From Phoronis australis (taxonomy: Eukaryota > Animalia > Phoronida), in assembly GCA_002633005.1 (NCBI GenBank), contig NMRA01000446.1, positions 274,334 to 338,333 on the forward strand: a stretch of DNA of 64,000 bases. Direction: 5' to 3'. Shown in pieces: positions 38,774 to 53,595 of this stretch (position 1 is its first letter; each line of letters opens with the position of its first letter). A program made the position numbers and the translations under genes. The notes under the pieces are model-generated. The model ran no database searches, was not told where the DNA came from, and saw only the letters and a list, made by a program, of their open reading frames with translations.

Positions 38774-41700
38774 TTTGTCATAAATATTGACTCGTTCAGT
38801 GGAAGCGACATTATTTGAGAGAACCATCTTTTTCTGAGATCAGCCTCAGCACGAAAGAGGCACCTGAAACTCGCGTCGCAGTCAAACCCTCTGCTGCCAA
38901 AGTTAAACCTCATTTAGTTTTTGGCAGAGTATTTTAAGTGCATTCAGCAGGTAAAGACGCGGGTCTTGATTCCAGCGACGGTCTTGCAAATAATGGCGAG
39001 AATGGGCAATTTGCACTGAAATCACAAGAAAAGCAACTGATTTTATTGTTTTATAGTTCTAGTTAAAGCTAAAAACATCAAAAAGTCTACCCTATTTAAC
39101 AACAATTCCAAAATTTTTCAACCGTAAACGCGAGAACGTCCCTTTAAACTACAGTTGACTATAGCCACGCTGTCATGTCAGTAAACACCGGTTGAGCAGC
39201 TTCCCATTGGCCGAATTATATGCTTAAACATTCACCATTGTATCACGCTTAGATACACCCCTTGACAAAGCGCCACCTATACTGAAAAGTAGTTTCCAGC
39301 ACAGACCCACGAGATTGGTTGGGGTCTGCTACAGGGCACTTTTCCATCCGCATTCTTGGAATATCACTGGCTGTTCCGATTTCGAGAAACAAGGCATTCT
39401 ATTGGTCAGTTGTATAATAGGTCAAACTAGTTCACCAACATGGCGACTTCCAGTGAAGGAATGTCGATGGATTTACATCTGATTAAATCTCCCTGTTTTG
39501 ATCGCATTTCAAAGCTAACGAGTCAAGGAATACATCACCAGTAACGTTTACAAAACATTTAATGACATTTTTCTTGTCTACTATGCTGGATTCTGAAGTA
39601 ATGTGATATTTTTACGAAATAATTTGTGAAGGCATTACCTGCCATTACCATTACCCCCATAGGCCACCCACAACAACACTGTCATTTTAGACGTACTATA
39701 GCACCGAATAGCGGGAAAGGACTAGCTGAGTGCGTCGCGGCCATGGGAGATTGTCTTGATCTTTTCAGAGCACACCCTCTCGTATGTTAACATGTTCATG
39801 TGCGTTATATAAGTTGCCGTGAATGCCGTGCAGGTTGAACTAGTGGGTCAGATAAGGATGTATATGCTGTCATTGTCATATAGCCTAATACACTGGCACA
39901 CTTGTCACTTCTAACAGAAGTTAGGAGCATAAAAGTACAGTCAATGGTCCTAAACACACAAACATTAATCAGTCTAGCAATAGTTTTATAATGACTGATA
40001 TAATCGCTTTTGGCGGTGCCATTCAGCAGCGCCTTTGACTGCCATCGTACAGTCATACGGAGTATTCAATTATTTCGGAGGTTGCTTGTTGCTGTGAAGT
40101 TATGATTATACCCACCCCTTTCTATAATCAGCAAGATAAAACCTCACCCTTTTGTGAGTTGTCACAGTCATTAAAACTGAACCATTTTGGTGAGAGCCTC
40201 AATGAAAGAGTCATCTTTTCTGATAAAATAATTACGCAAAGTTATTATTTACAGGGAATTGAATTTCAGCAAGTTCTCTGGGCTGTATTATTTTTAACAC
40301 AACAGGCCTTAATTGTATATGAAACCTTCAGTGGTTTTGGTGGAAAAATGGATCATTTTATACTGTTCGAACCAAAAAGTAAATATTTTTGTGTGGAATT
40401 TATTTAGAAATGCCCCTTTCATGGGGACTTTTGCAATGCCTGAGTCTCTGGTTAGAGTGGCACATTTGGTCATATGCAATTTATACAAGTCTCCTCTCTC
40501 TCTTGGACCCCGACTAGTCGACTGTTTCATTTTTTGCTTTCCACGCTCACATGATATCAAGTGTTGCAGTTTGCAACAATCATCTATTAATTTCAGTCTA
40601 GTTGCAAAACAATGTCTCGGAACCATTCTAAAACATTCTGAAAGGTTCGCTGTAATCAAAGCATCCTGGAGTTAGACATTGTAAGCAAGTGGATTTAAAA
40701 ACCTGGTTCGTTGAAATGACTAGTTGCAAAAACATCTCACATTTCAAAATTGGGAACTCAGGGTACCTCAAAAATTTTGAGTTGGGTCACTTAACCCAAA
40801 TTGACGGTTTCTTGCGCGTTATCACTCACTGGCAATCTCCATTTTGAGAACAAGTTTTAATGTCTGCTATTCAGTGAAAAACAGGTTCCTGTTATGCAGT
40901 TGAAAACACTGGTTCTCAAAGTGGGGGTCCCATGTATGTGACTATTGCTCTTTGTTTTGAGCAACATGCTAGTGTGTCATTCTTGTGGTTAGGATCTGCA
41001 TAATACGGCAATGATTTTAGTCAACATTTCGGTCTTTTTGAACTGTTTTTCAAAATTACAAAGTTGACTCTTATTGAGGGGGCCTCCTCGTGGCAAGAGT
41101 TGGGCAGTGTGAATTGCTTCAGAACATTTGCATTGGCAAACACCCTCACGTTGACTCAAAATTAAAAACGTGATGTCATTAATGCGTTCCTAGAAACATT
41201 ATACTCATAGGCTACAAATCACACAACATGCCATGAAATTTGTCTAACCATAGGGAACTTTTGCTGATGTATTGATCAGAAATATGGTTTAGTTCAGGGA
41301 TAGATTGAAGTACTAAGCCTGGGCACTATTAACATAGTGGTGGGGCGCACAACAGGAATACCCCATCTTCATTGCAGACCCTTCTCCTGATAGAAATTCA
41401 TTCCGGTTTTGTGCTTACCTAGCTCCCCGTCCCTGTCCCCTGTTCATGCAGTGCCTCCAGGTTGCCTCTCATCACAATCATTGGTCGCCAAAAATTTCTG
41501 TTGAATAATTCTGACTACACCAATGGTGCTGGGGAAATAGGTTGTTAACGACCCAACTACCATTCAAGTTGCACTGCCTTGTGAAAGCATAAATCATTAT
41601 GAAAGTAACACCTGGGCCCTGGGTTTCAACTTTTTATTAGAGATTATTTTTATTATTTATGACAATTAATGATCCCAGCACTGGAGCTAAGAGTTTGAGT

Positions 41701-43329
41701 CTGAGCTCGAGGTTTTGCTTGAAATCTTGAGTTTTTACTCAAATTTTAGCTCGAATCTAGTGGTCCTTAAGTACTATCTTGAACTTGCAAGGAAGTGAAC
41801 TGGAAATGACAAAAACAATTTCGAGTTCAATTTGGATTGAAAGCATCACTCTAGAAGTGTATTCCCAAAACATGATCACATAATCCCTTTTCAGGGTTTT
41901 AAATCAATCCATCTTGGCTAGAACCTGTTTAGCCCGAAAAGCATTAAAATACAATGTGGAGAATAAGAAAGCATCTGTACTAAAATAACCCATTTTAAGT
42001 TACTTATCCACAAAGTGTACCATTTTTTAAGCTGCCAACCTTTTTTAGAACCATCATGTAACAATATAAGATTGGTCTCACTACCATTACTGTTGTTTTT
42101 GGCCTAAATAGGAGCAAACATCTAATCACAATTGGTCGCATGGAGATTGGCATATCCAGCAGTTGGATTTGGATACTAGTGTCTGGTGTGCTCGTGATTT
42201 AGACTCTTGAACTTGTACTGTTCCTTACTGAGATTACATGTGGTATATTGGCTTCGGTTGAACTGATAGTTTGTTATTGCTTAAGACCTGGTGCAATAAC
42301 CATGGCTTTGAGCAGAATCAAAGTTTGAGTTCTTCCAAGTCCACTAAGGAACAAGTTAAGACAGGGATAGAAACATGGCTTGGAATTTGCCTCTTTTAAG
42401 AGGATTTCATATTTCTTGTTTTTTTTATTTCCTCTTGTTTGATTTCAAGCTTCTTTTTTATCATTATTTTGACTTCATTCATTTTCATTAATTAAATTTT
42501 ACAACACGAAAAATATTTCTATCACACATGCCTATTTGTGAAACAATAGATCATCTGGAAAATTTTCCTCTTTTAGTCTAACCAATTCCTGTATATAGTG
42601 GTAAGTTGTTCAGATCAAAATTTATTCTTTGTCACATACGACGCATTCATAGCACCTTTAAAGGAGTTAAATTCGAAGGAAACATTGAAGCCAGCAGACA
42701 CCAACTGATAAGCGCATTCTGAAATCAACAATTGTGCTTGTACTTTCCAAGATGTTCAACGCACATTGTTAGTTATAGGGATAGGGTTCATTCCACCATC
42801 CTTGGGATTTCAGGGTACTCCCCGTAAACCATTCCAAGGGGGTACTCCCACAGGTTTATGCAGGACATGACACTCAGCTGGGTGATTTCTCTCAAACAAT
42901 TTCTCTTCAAAATGGTGCTTGAAAAAATCCCTACCAAAGAAAACTTTTTCCCATGAATACAACGGGTTTCACTCTGGAAATTAAAAACACTGCAAATGGT
43001 ACCTTTTCCTACTGCAGAAGGGGTTCTAATAGGATACCTGTATTTTTAAAACTTTGGGCACCAGACTCATTTTTGACAATATGAATCTCTGAGCCGACTT
43101 CTTCAAGCTTAATGAGTGAACAAGACAGCTGTCCAAGAATTACTATGAAAGAATTCAGTTGTTAGCATTAACCCTTATAAAAAGATTGTGCATTTGTAAC
43201 ATTAGGCTACAATTTCATTGAACTCCAAACCTCGGATCACATACCTTATGTTTTTTAGCCACTGTCTAAATGGGTGAAGATTCTCTAGTACCAGATTATG
43301 CATAAAACTAAAGTTAGGGCCCATTTGGG

Positions 43330-43600
43330 ACACCTCTCGGGTATTTTCGTAGCTACAAATTTATCCTCGGAACATCTAGAGCACCTCGGCTATTTTCGTA
43401 TTTACAAATTTTTCTTCGAAACACTTCGGTTATTTTCGTAGCCTCAAATATCCTGTCGGAGATTAACGTTATCCAAAATATGGGACGTCACGGGATTTTC
43501 AGTCTTGTTAATAATATGCTAACTGAACTCTGCACACGTGCACAGTGCGTTCACCTATTGGGTGAAATTTGAGGTTACGAAAACACCCAATGTGTTCTGG
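43330..43600. repeat. Dispersed family of ~45-bp subrepeats (tattttcgta.ctacaaat); relatives at ~22230, ~27960-28110, ~51640-51760
   Basis: Three tandem subunits plus an inverted copy aaatttgaggttacgaaaacac at ~43565. Confidence 0.55.
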
Positions 43601-43925
43601 ATGCCCTTGGAAGTAATTGTTTTCAGTGCATGTTCGAACTTTGGTCATTATGGCCAATTATTCTCGTTTAAGTTTGAAAGTCAACGCACGTTAAATTCAC
43701 CAGGGTGATCTGAATATCTTAGGACCCTAAAGTTGTGCAGGATCCCACCTCAAAGTGGGAAATAGGAAGAAAATATTATGGCAACGTGGGGAGGGGTGTA
43801 GCTCGAGAATTGTTGCTACCTGGAGGGTTGAAAATTGTGTTGTTCTAGGGAGTGAACACTGTGTAGGCCACGATTGCTCGAAGTGGTGGAAATTGGGCTC
43901 CAGCTGTGTCTACTGTAACACTGTA

Positions 43926-44076
43926 CAGTGACAGATTTGAGGGGGAGGCAATTGGGCCAAGGCTCAGCCTAAAGCTCTCCCAGATTCAATTTGGAAGTTT
44001 GGGGGTGCGAATGTCTGACGAGCCATACTCTGCCCCTGCCCCCCTCCCTCAACTCAAAATCCTGAATCCGCCCCTG
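43926..44076. mobile_element. MITE, CAGTGGCGGAT...ATCCGCCCCTG family
   Basis: Similar along its length to 57950-58105 (cgaatgtctgacg, caactcaaaatcctg.atccgcccctg); flanks ctgta/ctgta. Confidence 0.75.
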
Positions 44077-44469
44077 CTGTAAGAGACCTAAACAATTCAT
44101 AAAAACCTTTCAAATAATGAAACTGAAAAATGTCAAGTGAAAAGGGTGAAGCCATTGTCAATTCAGGTTTATTTACATAACAAGAAATCGATAATTAAGT
44201 GAATTTCAGTACAGTTTGTTGATAATATAACAATATAAACAGATACTTCACCAGAGACTTCGACCGCAAACGCAACCCAAAAATAACTTTTTACTCTCGC
44301 AACACGTAGCGACCTCATAACTTAATACCGGATATAAGCATGCGCACGTCAACTTCCTGGTTAAAAATTGCCAGCTAACAGCCAATGAAAACCATCGTTC
44401 TAGTGCCCTGTACCTGGGCCTTCACAAGCCATCCGTGACGTCAGCTTGTGAGGTCCGGGAACCAGGTTA

Positions 44470-44840
44470 TACTGAAAAGTGGCCGTGGAAACATGATGAA
44501 CGACACACGGAGTTCCGTGTGTGGGCATCAATGCGCATGCCTTGGTCGGAAGTATATCGATCACATCGCCACCCTTGCACACGCCTTTATGCACTGTACT
44601 TGTTTGGGCTTAAGCCACTGAAATGGGGTTCCCTTGAATTTGTTTACTTCGATCACTGCCAGTTTCAATAAGTTGCAACTATTCAAGTTAAAGGTGGTCA
44701 CCATACTACGTGTACTGAAAGGAGTTTCCAAGATTTCAACCAATGGGAATGACTGAATGTTATTACCTTTACCAATGAGAAGCCATGTTAAACAACCATC
44801 GACAGTGCCACCTATAGTAGCACTGTGAAAGGTGTAGCTT
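44470..44840 (+). repeat. Dispersed ~370-bp repeat family, copy 2
   Basis: Matches 12040-12400 and, inverted, 53030-53395. Confidence 0.8.
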
Positions 44841-47800
44841 AGATATAAACCTATGCACTTGCCAAAATACGAAGGCCGCCATGACGTGGTCACGTGACCA
44901 CGCGACATTAATATGCTGAAACCAGTGCAGTTCTGCACCAGCTATAGCGTAGAGTTGAAGCATATTTAAACTAAATTATGGCACAGTCGCAGGTGACTTC
45001 ATTACGAACGTCAGAGGATTTAAGTTAGTATTTTGTAATATTGCAGTGCTCTGATTACAAAACTAAATCAATGTGAGATTTCGTCTGCTTCAGGTTTGTG
45101 ATTCGGAGACGAGCAGAGTCGCCGACAGCAGGCAATGTAATGCAATGAACCTACCTACATTTTTGATTTTTCAACAATACACTTGAACATGAATACCTTC
45201 ACTAATTATTTAAATTCCCGTCATACTCCCGTCATACTCCCGGCTCCTAAAGCATGCACAAATTTCACAGCATCGAGAAAACGAAACTAAACTGCTTAGA
45301 CTGTTAAGCAAGTCTTGAACAACCGCAACAGGTAACAATAACGTGTACTGTATAATTATTTTTTACTGCGCGATGTCTAAATATTCAGACTTAACACTAA
45401 CAGCCGACGTAATGATGATGACACTTTTTTAAATTCTATCTAGAAACAAATTTCATAAAACGGTCCCCAAAATTTTTATTTCTCTTTAAATAATACAAAT
45501 AGGGGTTGGGAAAGTATCGCACCCGGTCGCCACCCCTGTACGATATCAACTCGCTGACTTAAAACGCCATATTCATATCGAAAGAATTCATGTAGACAAA
45601 TATTAAGAAGCGATTTGAACCACCTCGCATTGTCATAACTGTAGGAATTGTTCATATATTTTTTAGTTTGTGGTTCTGCTCCTCTGTTTGTGGCTCACTC
45701 AGTTTCATGAATACTTGAGAAATGTCGTCATTGTATTTTAAACAAAAAGTTACATTTGACCTACCTCTCTCCAATCACAGAGAATTATTTAATTTTATTG
45801 TATTATTTTGTAGTGTTTGCACGTAGCCATTATCAAGTTCTTGAGCGATGGCAAATACGGGGAATCATTTATTCGCCATGCTCATTGCTTCCACGCGTAC
45901 AGTTTCTTCTGGATTTTGTGACAGTCCACTACGACATAATGTCATCCACCACTTTTTTGTACGGCATAGTTTTTCCTTTTTTCGTACCTCCACCTCTCAC
46001 CGAACACTTCCGTTTTCAGCACCTTAATGGTGAACGAAAATGGCGACACCGTCGGTCCAGGGCAGATAAGTACGGGCAGGCTTGAACACCAGGCTCAACA
46101 GAGGTCTCGCGCAATAAAATACAAGCTCGCATGTCACTAAACCACACCCCTGTAACCCAGTGTTACTGAATCAGTGCTCAATCTCCAGGTGGCGAGTCCG
46201 GATCGACCGCGAGCTTGCTCGCCAAGAACTGACAAACATGTCGCGGAAATTGACAACTTTTCGTGAGCCATCTTAAAATAGTTGGGCTAAGAACCGTTTT
46301 AAGTCATGTTCCAGAAAGCCTTTTGAAACTTCAGGTAGAAAGTCAGTGGTGAATGTGCCATTAACAGCTGAAGTGAATGCGACAAATGACACTGGAATAA
46401 CTCCTACAGGAACGCGAAAGGAAAGTCAAATGGAAATTTGGTTTTGCAAAAATATCACTCAAAAACACTTAAAAAACTTGAGAAATTTTACACACTGCGT
46501 AAATCTCGATTACATTTTTACCCCAGAAAACTTTTCAAGGGTACAGTATCTTTCTACATTTTGAATTTCGTATTGCATTTGCTCTCGCTAAAAATCAGGT
46601 TTCGTAGGCGTCAATGACGAATGACTTCAATAGTTGCCTGAGAAAATCCGATCCAAGAAAAGTCCTCGAAAATCTCGATTACAGGATAAAAGCAACAGGC
46701 ATTGTTTTTGATGCCCGGCATTACAAGATAACGTCGTGGACTTTTCGTTTGAAAATACCGTATGGGGAGATCACTCTGACCAGACATCAGGAAGATAACA
46801 CACAATATCGTTGGCTTACGAAGTAAATAGAGTTTACCTGGCTGAACAAGTAGTTGTAACGCTACCTTAGAAACCTGCTTAAGTGTCTGCAATACCTGGT
46901 CGATGAGTGACATGAAGCAGTGTCGTAAACTCTGTGGTTCAGGTGTTACAATTTTTGTTTTTGTTATGGTAATGCTTCTCAGTACAAAGCTGCCAAGTGC
47001 ACACGCTATGTTTTCTCAACATTCCACGTCATTTGTTTGCGTTAAAAGTGGCAAGTGTCCTCTTACGCCAAAGCACTTCACAGCACTTCTCGAAAGTGGT
47101 GACAAAATCAAATGGGAGCCGTCGAAGCGTTGTTCAGTCCGAGGGAGAACACTGTGGATGGCGTAGGCATTCAAGAAATGGTTTTAACCGGAAAGCCTTC
47201 TCTCGCAGCCAGTCCTTTTCACCTCGAAAGTTCTGACACTAAGTTTGGCAGTAGAGACAGGTCAAGGAAAAACTTTATGATCGTGAGCTGGTTGTACGAT
47301 AGCATCATGCGCTGACGCTTAATGCTAGAATATCTAGAAAAACATAACGATTTGTAACTTGACATGCGTATAGAGTGATACGGAGGAAAGCTCATTAAGT
47401 AGTGACGTACAACATGGCCGTCGAGTCACGACTTCTTTATCGCATTCATCCAACATAAACACCTCCGGGGATCACCTATAGTTCGGTCGTAGACAACAGA
47501 GTCACCTCCCTCCCTCTACAAATTCCATACCTTTTCTCATCAAAACCCAACCCCTAACGTCACCACTTTCACTTTCGGGTTGTCAACGTCAGATTCTCAC
47601 CACACCTTTTCCCCTACCACTTGATTGTTTTTCAAGGATATCTCAAACCTTATTCACCAAAATCGGCCATTTTTACAATATTTCGCGTATTTCTAGCAAA
47701 ATACTTTATCTTCATTCTGGGGGAACTTCAAATACGAAATATTTTCCGTGTAGCAGAACCACATTGAAACCGCACAACCGCGTGGAAGTTAGTTTACTTC

Positions 47801-50369
47801 TTATCCGAGGTCAAAGGTTACGGGGTTGTCACTCAAATCGAGTCTCTCACCAGGCACGGATCAGCGGAGTATATACCCTCACTCCTTTCATTCAACGAGT
47901 CAACACTATATTGAGTCAACAACGTGTACATAGGATAGAACGATGCCGGGGAAAACGAAGACAAAGCGTAGTTTTCATCCTCAGGTAGTTGTGGGTCTGC
48001 ATGCATACGACCGTTGAGAATGAATGCTACGAGTCACCTCACGCCTCTGTGACGTTGTGTTCACGAACACGGAAGTTGTGAATGAGATAAATCCTCACCC
48101 AAATTCTTTAATTTGACAAGTATTTTGACATTTCGCCGTTTCGACCTCATGTTCACGACGCGCTTTAAACACCGACTCGATTTCTGTTATCCATTTCGTA
48201 CTTGGGTATCATATCAGTCTCCCGGTACATGGTGTGTAAAACAATGAACTGTTGACCTACTTAAAAGTGGGCCACAATGCACCAGCTTGACCCACTTCAT
48301 ATGCTGGCTCCGCCCGCAGGGCCCAGTTGGACTCGATGCATTGTGAATCGATTTTTCTGATTAAAGGTTTTTGTGACGATCACGTGGATGTTGAAATAAA
48401 GAACACGGTTAAGGGATGTATAGGAAATATTTAGCAAACACAAATTTTCACCGAATAAGTAACCGAAGTCCACATAAACGGCTTTTTCTGGGTTTCGGGA
48501 AATCGAATTAATTTGAACTTAGGAACACCTGTTCTCGAAAACTGCTTGGTGTATTCGCTTAAAATTTCCAAACTTGACATTTATTCATCAATCTCAAAAT
48601 CGCTTTTAGGATTTTCGATATAAAGGCATAGTTTTTGCGTAATGTAACAAAGGCGAATGCGACTTTTTCAAAAATACCTTACGATCTGCGAGTTCATTTG
48701 TCATAGCAATCAAACGAAAAGACTGATCGAAAATTCCAGCGTTTCTGAGGTAACTGGTGAAGTTTTCATTTAAAAAAGATTTCCTTAAAATCGCCCGAGG
48801 ATTATTTTGCTATGAATATACCTTTCTTAAACATGAAACTTTGATTTAAAAAAGTGTTAACGTAATATTAATAATGGCAAATAAATAAAAAAACATATTT
48901 TTATATTTACTGACCTTTTTCGTTCAGAAAATATATACTTTTACGAGTTGAGAAAGGTTAGTTTTTTGATAAATGAGTAAGAATGGAGGCCAATAAATAA
49001 GGCTTGAGATAACCTTAAACAGCCCTTTCACATAGCGTTAAGAAAACAAATTTCATCTGGGTTCACCATAACATATGTGTGAGCGGGGTAAATCTTCACT
49101 TGGCACCGTCCAGGTGAAAACTTATCTGTTTGGCTTATATTGGTAAATGCTTTGTGTCTTATAAATGCCACAGGTCACCTATAGTCTGCAATGGCCAAAG
49201 AGCCCAACATCTGGATCGAGGTACCTTTTTCGACACAAGGAACCTTTTCGTACTCATCTGTCTGAATTCGCAGTGCCTATTACATATTTATACTTCGATA
49301 CGGGAAAGCAAGGCGAATGACCAGTACGAATGTTCAATTTGCGTTCATTCGTGAGTATAATTTATGTACTTTGACGCGTTATCTTCGCCATTGCAGTGCA
49401 GAACGCAAAGGTGTGCCTTCCGCGAACTTTCTAAGTTTCTTGGATTTAAAATTACACAGATGACGAAACACAGAAAAACAAAATGCTCTGTACAAGAGTT
49501 GTATTAGTTTTTTATTAGTATGAAGTTCAGAATTCTTAATGAATTCGATCGCTCGTTAGTCACAAAACTACCCTATCATTTTCAAACTGTAGTGCAAAAA
49601 TTGTTTGACCTCTGTAATAAACGTTATTGCAATTTACTTACCAGGATTGTCACGTCTAGAGTTTTCGGATTTCAATATTCCTTGCAACACTTTCCCGACT
49701 CTAATCCATCGAAGACATACAATGCTGTGATCATCGACCGAGATAATGTTTGTTTAAACTTCAAAGATCTTTGTGCGAAAAATAGATAACATGATATTAA
49801 CGCCTATTAAATCGACATCCGACGTGCTAGCAGTCTGTTCAGAGCTCGTTATTCTTTTGTAAAACGCTTACTTACCGTTAAGGGAAATTTCAATCACCAC
49901 CTCATAGGTCATGAGCGCGCAGATATTTTAATTTACGTGTAGCTGTCAATGAACGTCAATTCCCGTTCGTCTCAACACGAACCAGTCGGAGTCACGAGTA
50001 GATCTGAATACCGGGAGGACTTTTTAAACGTATTAAGAACACGACTGGCTTCAGACGACAACAACAAACCACAGTCACTATTAATCAAAGTACCTCATTA
50101 CATGGGCCCAAAGGGCCCAGCGACTCCACCTGTTTACATTCACACATGAAAAACAGAGATGTTTTGATACATGAATACAGGTATTAGCATAAATGCAGGC
50201 TAGCTACGGGCTTTACAGCATGCGTTTAATTGAAAATATATCTACGGCACTGCCAAGTTTAGCATATCCTCCACATAGTCACAGCTTCCTTAAGGGTAAA
50301 GCGACGTTCTTTGATGTCATCTTTACTAAAATTATGGAACTCGTGGAAATGTTTACACGAGTACTATAA

Positions 50370-50607
50370 AATCATACGCAATAGCATCCGAATCATACGC
50401 GCGAACCACTAAACAATAAAGTGTTCGTGCGTGTGATTCCATGCTCGTATGCATGATTTTTGTGGTCCGTGCGCATGATTTTTGTTCGTATGCGTGATTT
50501 TTGGGTCCCTATGCATGATTCATGGGTTCGTATGCATGATTCATAGGTTCGTAGACGGTTCGTGTGTAAGATGCGATGCTCGTGATTATGATTCCAAGGT
50601 ACCACTG
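50370..50607. repeat. Array of ~22-bp gttcgtatgcatgatt motifs in both orientations (MITE subterminal-repeat-like)
   Basis: aatcatacgc x2 followed by ~8 diverged opposite-sense units. Confidence 0.65.
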
Positions 50608-53029
50608 GTTTTAACGCGTTAAGTACGGCTTGTCTGGCGTGTTTTTACTAGATATGTAACAAAAGAACGTGACGTAAACTGCCAAGCAAAATGGTTCAAC
50701 CTTCAGCAAACACGCGTGATTCGACAGCCGGGGAAGTCGAGGATAATTGACCTCGCAAATTTTTACGAAACAAACAAAAGAAAATCATATTCACGTAAGA
50801 AAATCTCCTCGACAAAAAAGCTCCTAACAACTGTTACATTCGTGTAATTTTTTCAACTTTGAGTAAATCAATTCAAACTTCTCTGTGACCTTGACACAGA
50901 TATTGCAGCAAAAAGGGACATAATAACTTAGCTCATTCAAGTATTTGCAACACCTCTTTTGTTGCCGTGGCCACGTAAATCTAAGAATCTTGCGCATAAC
51001 GACGCATTAATTTCATTCAGTGGTCGCCTCAAAGGACACAAAATTTAAACTCAAAGGGATAATGGCGCTACATTAGTGATTGCTTACAAGTGACTGTTTG
51101 GGAGGGGTCAAAAGTGTAGAAAGGCGCACAAGACTTGTTGACAACTAGCACTAAATGAACTCTTAAAAAAACAAGAACTAGGGGTGTTGAAGCTGAAACT
51201 AACTGAGGTAATCACTGCTGAAGGCAAGAGATTGACCGGAACTGGTTAATGCGCATTCCAGAGTATAGATTCGTGGGATATTATTTGGGGAACAGTACAT
51301 TTGGAATGTTTCGCCTACCCACGGTCATTCGATGTTATATTCATCAATTTCCATTTTTTTAAAATTGACCACTATTTGGAACATCTCGGGTATTATCCCT
51401 CGGAGGTGCTTCATGTATGCGCATGTGCAGTAAGGTATTTGGTCAACAAACGGTTAAAAATCACAGCCCAAAAGGTTTCAAAAATCATATGCGAGGTTAT
51501 TCTCAACCCAAGCCTGCCTTCTGATGTACTGTTAGCTCAGATTTAAGCCTATTCTCAAAGGGTTAGCCTATAAAGGGTCACAGGCCGACAATTCCATTTT
51601 GAGAATTACATAACTTGCTTGTAGTTCTCACATGCGTAGATATGAAACACCTCCGAGGCGAAGCTACGAAAACACTCGAAGGGTACCAAGTGATGGATCA
51701 CGCCATCCGGAACATCTCTGGTATTTCCAAAGCCTCAGTATTATTCATCGAATATGTTTCATATCCAAGCACCTAAGCCAGTCACGTGATACTCAAAACG
51801 GGGAATGACGTCAAATGCGCAGTGATAGTAGACTGAAACAAGAATTTACAGTGCTTCAGAAAGCAGGCTAAGGATTGAGAATTATCGTAGCAAACGAGTT
51901 TTGAGACTTGCTTGGCTAAACCGCGATTCTGACTGACTGATGAACAAAGCCTTTTGTTGTTCTGGTTGAAGTACACACATGCGCATATATAAATCACTCC
52001 GAGAGATAATTTGAGGCTACAAAATAACCGTGATGTTCGAGGTGTGACTACGCTCGCATTCGTATGTACGTGACAGATTTTGCAACGGAGAACCATTCAA
52101 ATCCTACCCTCGTCTTTTCAAACAAAATTTCAGGCCATCAAAGTCGGGATTTAAATGGTTTTTTGGATGTCGAGTACTGCGTGAAGCTTTAAAATTTTAC
52201 CACTCTCAGATGAATAAAAATTGAAGGAAAATCGGAGTTCACATTTTTGTAGAAAAGCAATGAATAAAATGATGAACAATGTCATTTTTGAAGACATATC
52301 AACACACGGAACTTTTTCACAGTAGAAAAATCGATTTTCGTGACATTTTATTTTCCCAGAATATTTCATTTTTTGCCTGCCTTCCTGATGCGGTGACTAT
52401 TCTTTAATGTCGGCTTGTCACAGCGGGACAGCTAGGCCTACACGTACATGTGACTGTATGTAAATTGCGGTGGTGTTAATTCGTAGCACTGAAATAGAGG
52501 GCAGTGGAGGGGGAATGTCCGATTTCATGTTTGTCAGGGGTGTACATGTAGCTGGGAACATTATATACTCCCATCGTGAGAGTGGACAAGAAAGGGGAGC
52601 TATTTGTAGGGAGTGAAAAAGTCGATTATTCGTAGAATTTTGTATGCAGAAACGTCAGCCTTTTGTAAGGCGTCTGATTCCACAAAGGAGCCATTTTGTT
52701 GAGTTTCAAACTCCCAAGGTAGTGAAACTGGTCGTGACAATCACCCATCTGATTTGTACTTGCCGTATAATTGTTCCATGATAGTATCTCCTCAGGCTCT
52801 GACATGCTACACAGTGCACATGTGATCTATTGTAGTACTGCTTCCATCCGATGAGTTGTAAGACTCAGTTCGATGACCAAGTATGTAATTGCTAACAGAG
52901 TAAGGAAATTAATATGCATTTTGTTTGTTTGTGAAGTCTTCTTCAAAATACGAAACTGAACAACAATAGACTCAACTCGGAAAGTTTACAAATAAGGAAG
53001 TCAATACAGTCACAAATCTGACCACACTC

Positions 53030-53395
53030 TTTTTCACAGTGCTATGAAAGGTAGCACAGTGGAATGTTGTTTATCATAGCTTCTCATTGGAAACCGACGT
53101 TGTAACATTCAGTCATTTCCTTTGATTGAAATCTGGGAAACCCCTTTCAGTTTATTGTTAGTAGTATGGCGACCACCTTTGACTTGAATAGTTGCAAGTA
53201 AACAAAATCAAGGGAAACCCAATCCCGTGGTGAAGCCCAAACAAAAACACTGCATTGAAGGCGTGTGCAAGTGGTGGCGATGTGATCGATAAACTTCCGA
53301 CCAAGCATGCGCACTGATGCCCACACACGGAATTCCATTTGTCGTTCATCATGTTTCCACAGGGCCACTTTGCAGTATAGGTGGCGCTGTGTCAG
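53030..53395 (-). repeat. Dispersed ~370-bp repeat family, copy 3
   Basis: Reverse complement of the 44470 and 12040 copies (gcatgcgcactgatgcccacacacggaattcc). Confidence 0.8.
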
Positions 53396-53595
53396 AGGGT
53401 AAAATGTGACTTGCATTTACTTCACACGAAGCTTCTTGCGTCCTCCTGGCGGCAAGGAACCAGGTCGTTTGGTTTCGTACTAGGTTATGGCTGTAAAGTC
53501 GATTAAACTGGACGAATTTCAAAGTAATTAAAGACATGTATATCGTATACAGTATCAAAAATATTGCGTACATCTATAGGTAGCCAACGTTATAT

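Noticed and set aside
48361-49018. TTAA-bounded Kolobok-like non-autonomous element
   Set aside because: Candidate ends do not form a convincing inverted repeat; similar unpaired ends occur at ~10989, 31890, 39147 and 52407.
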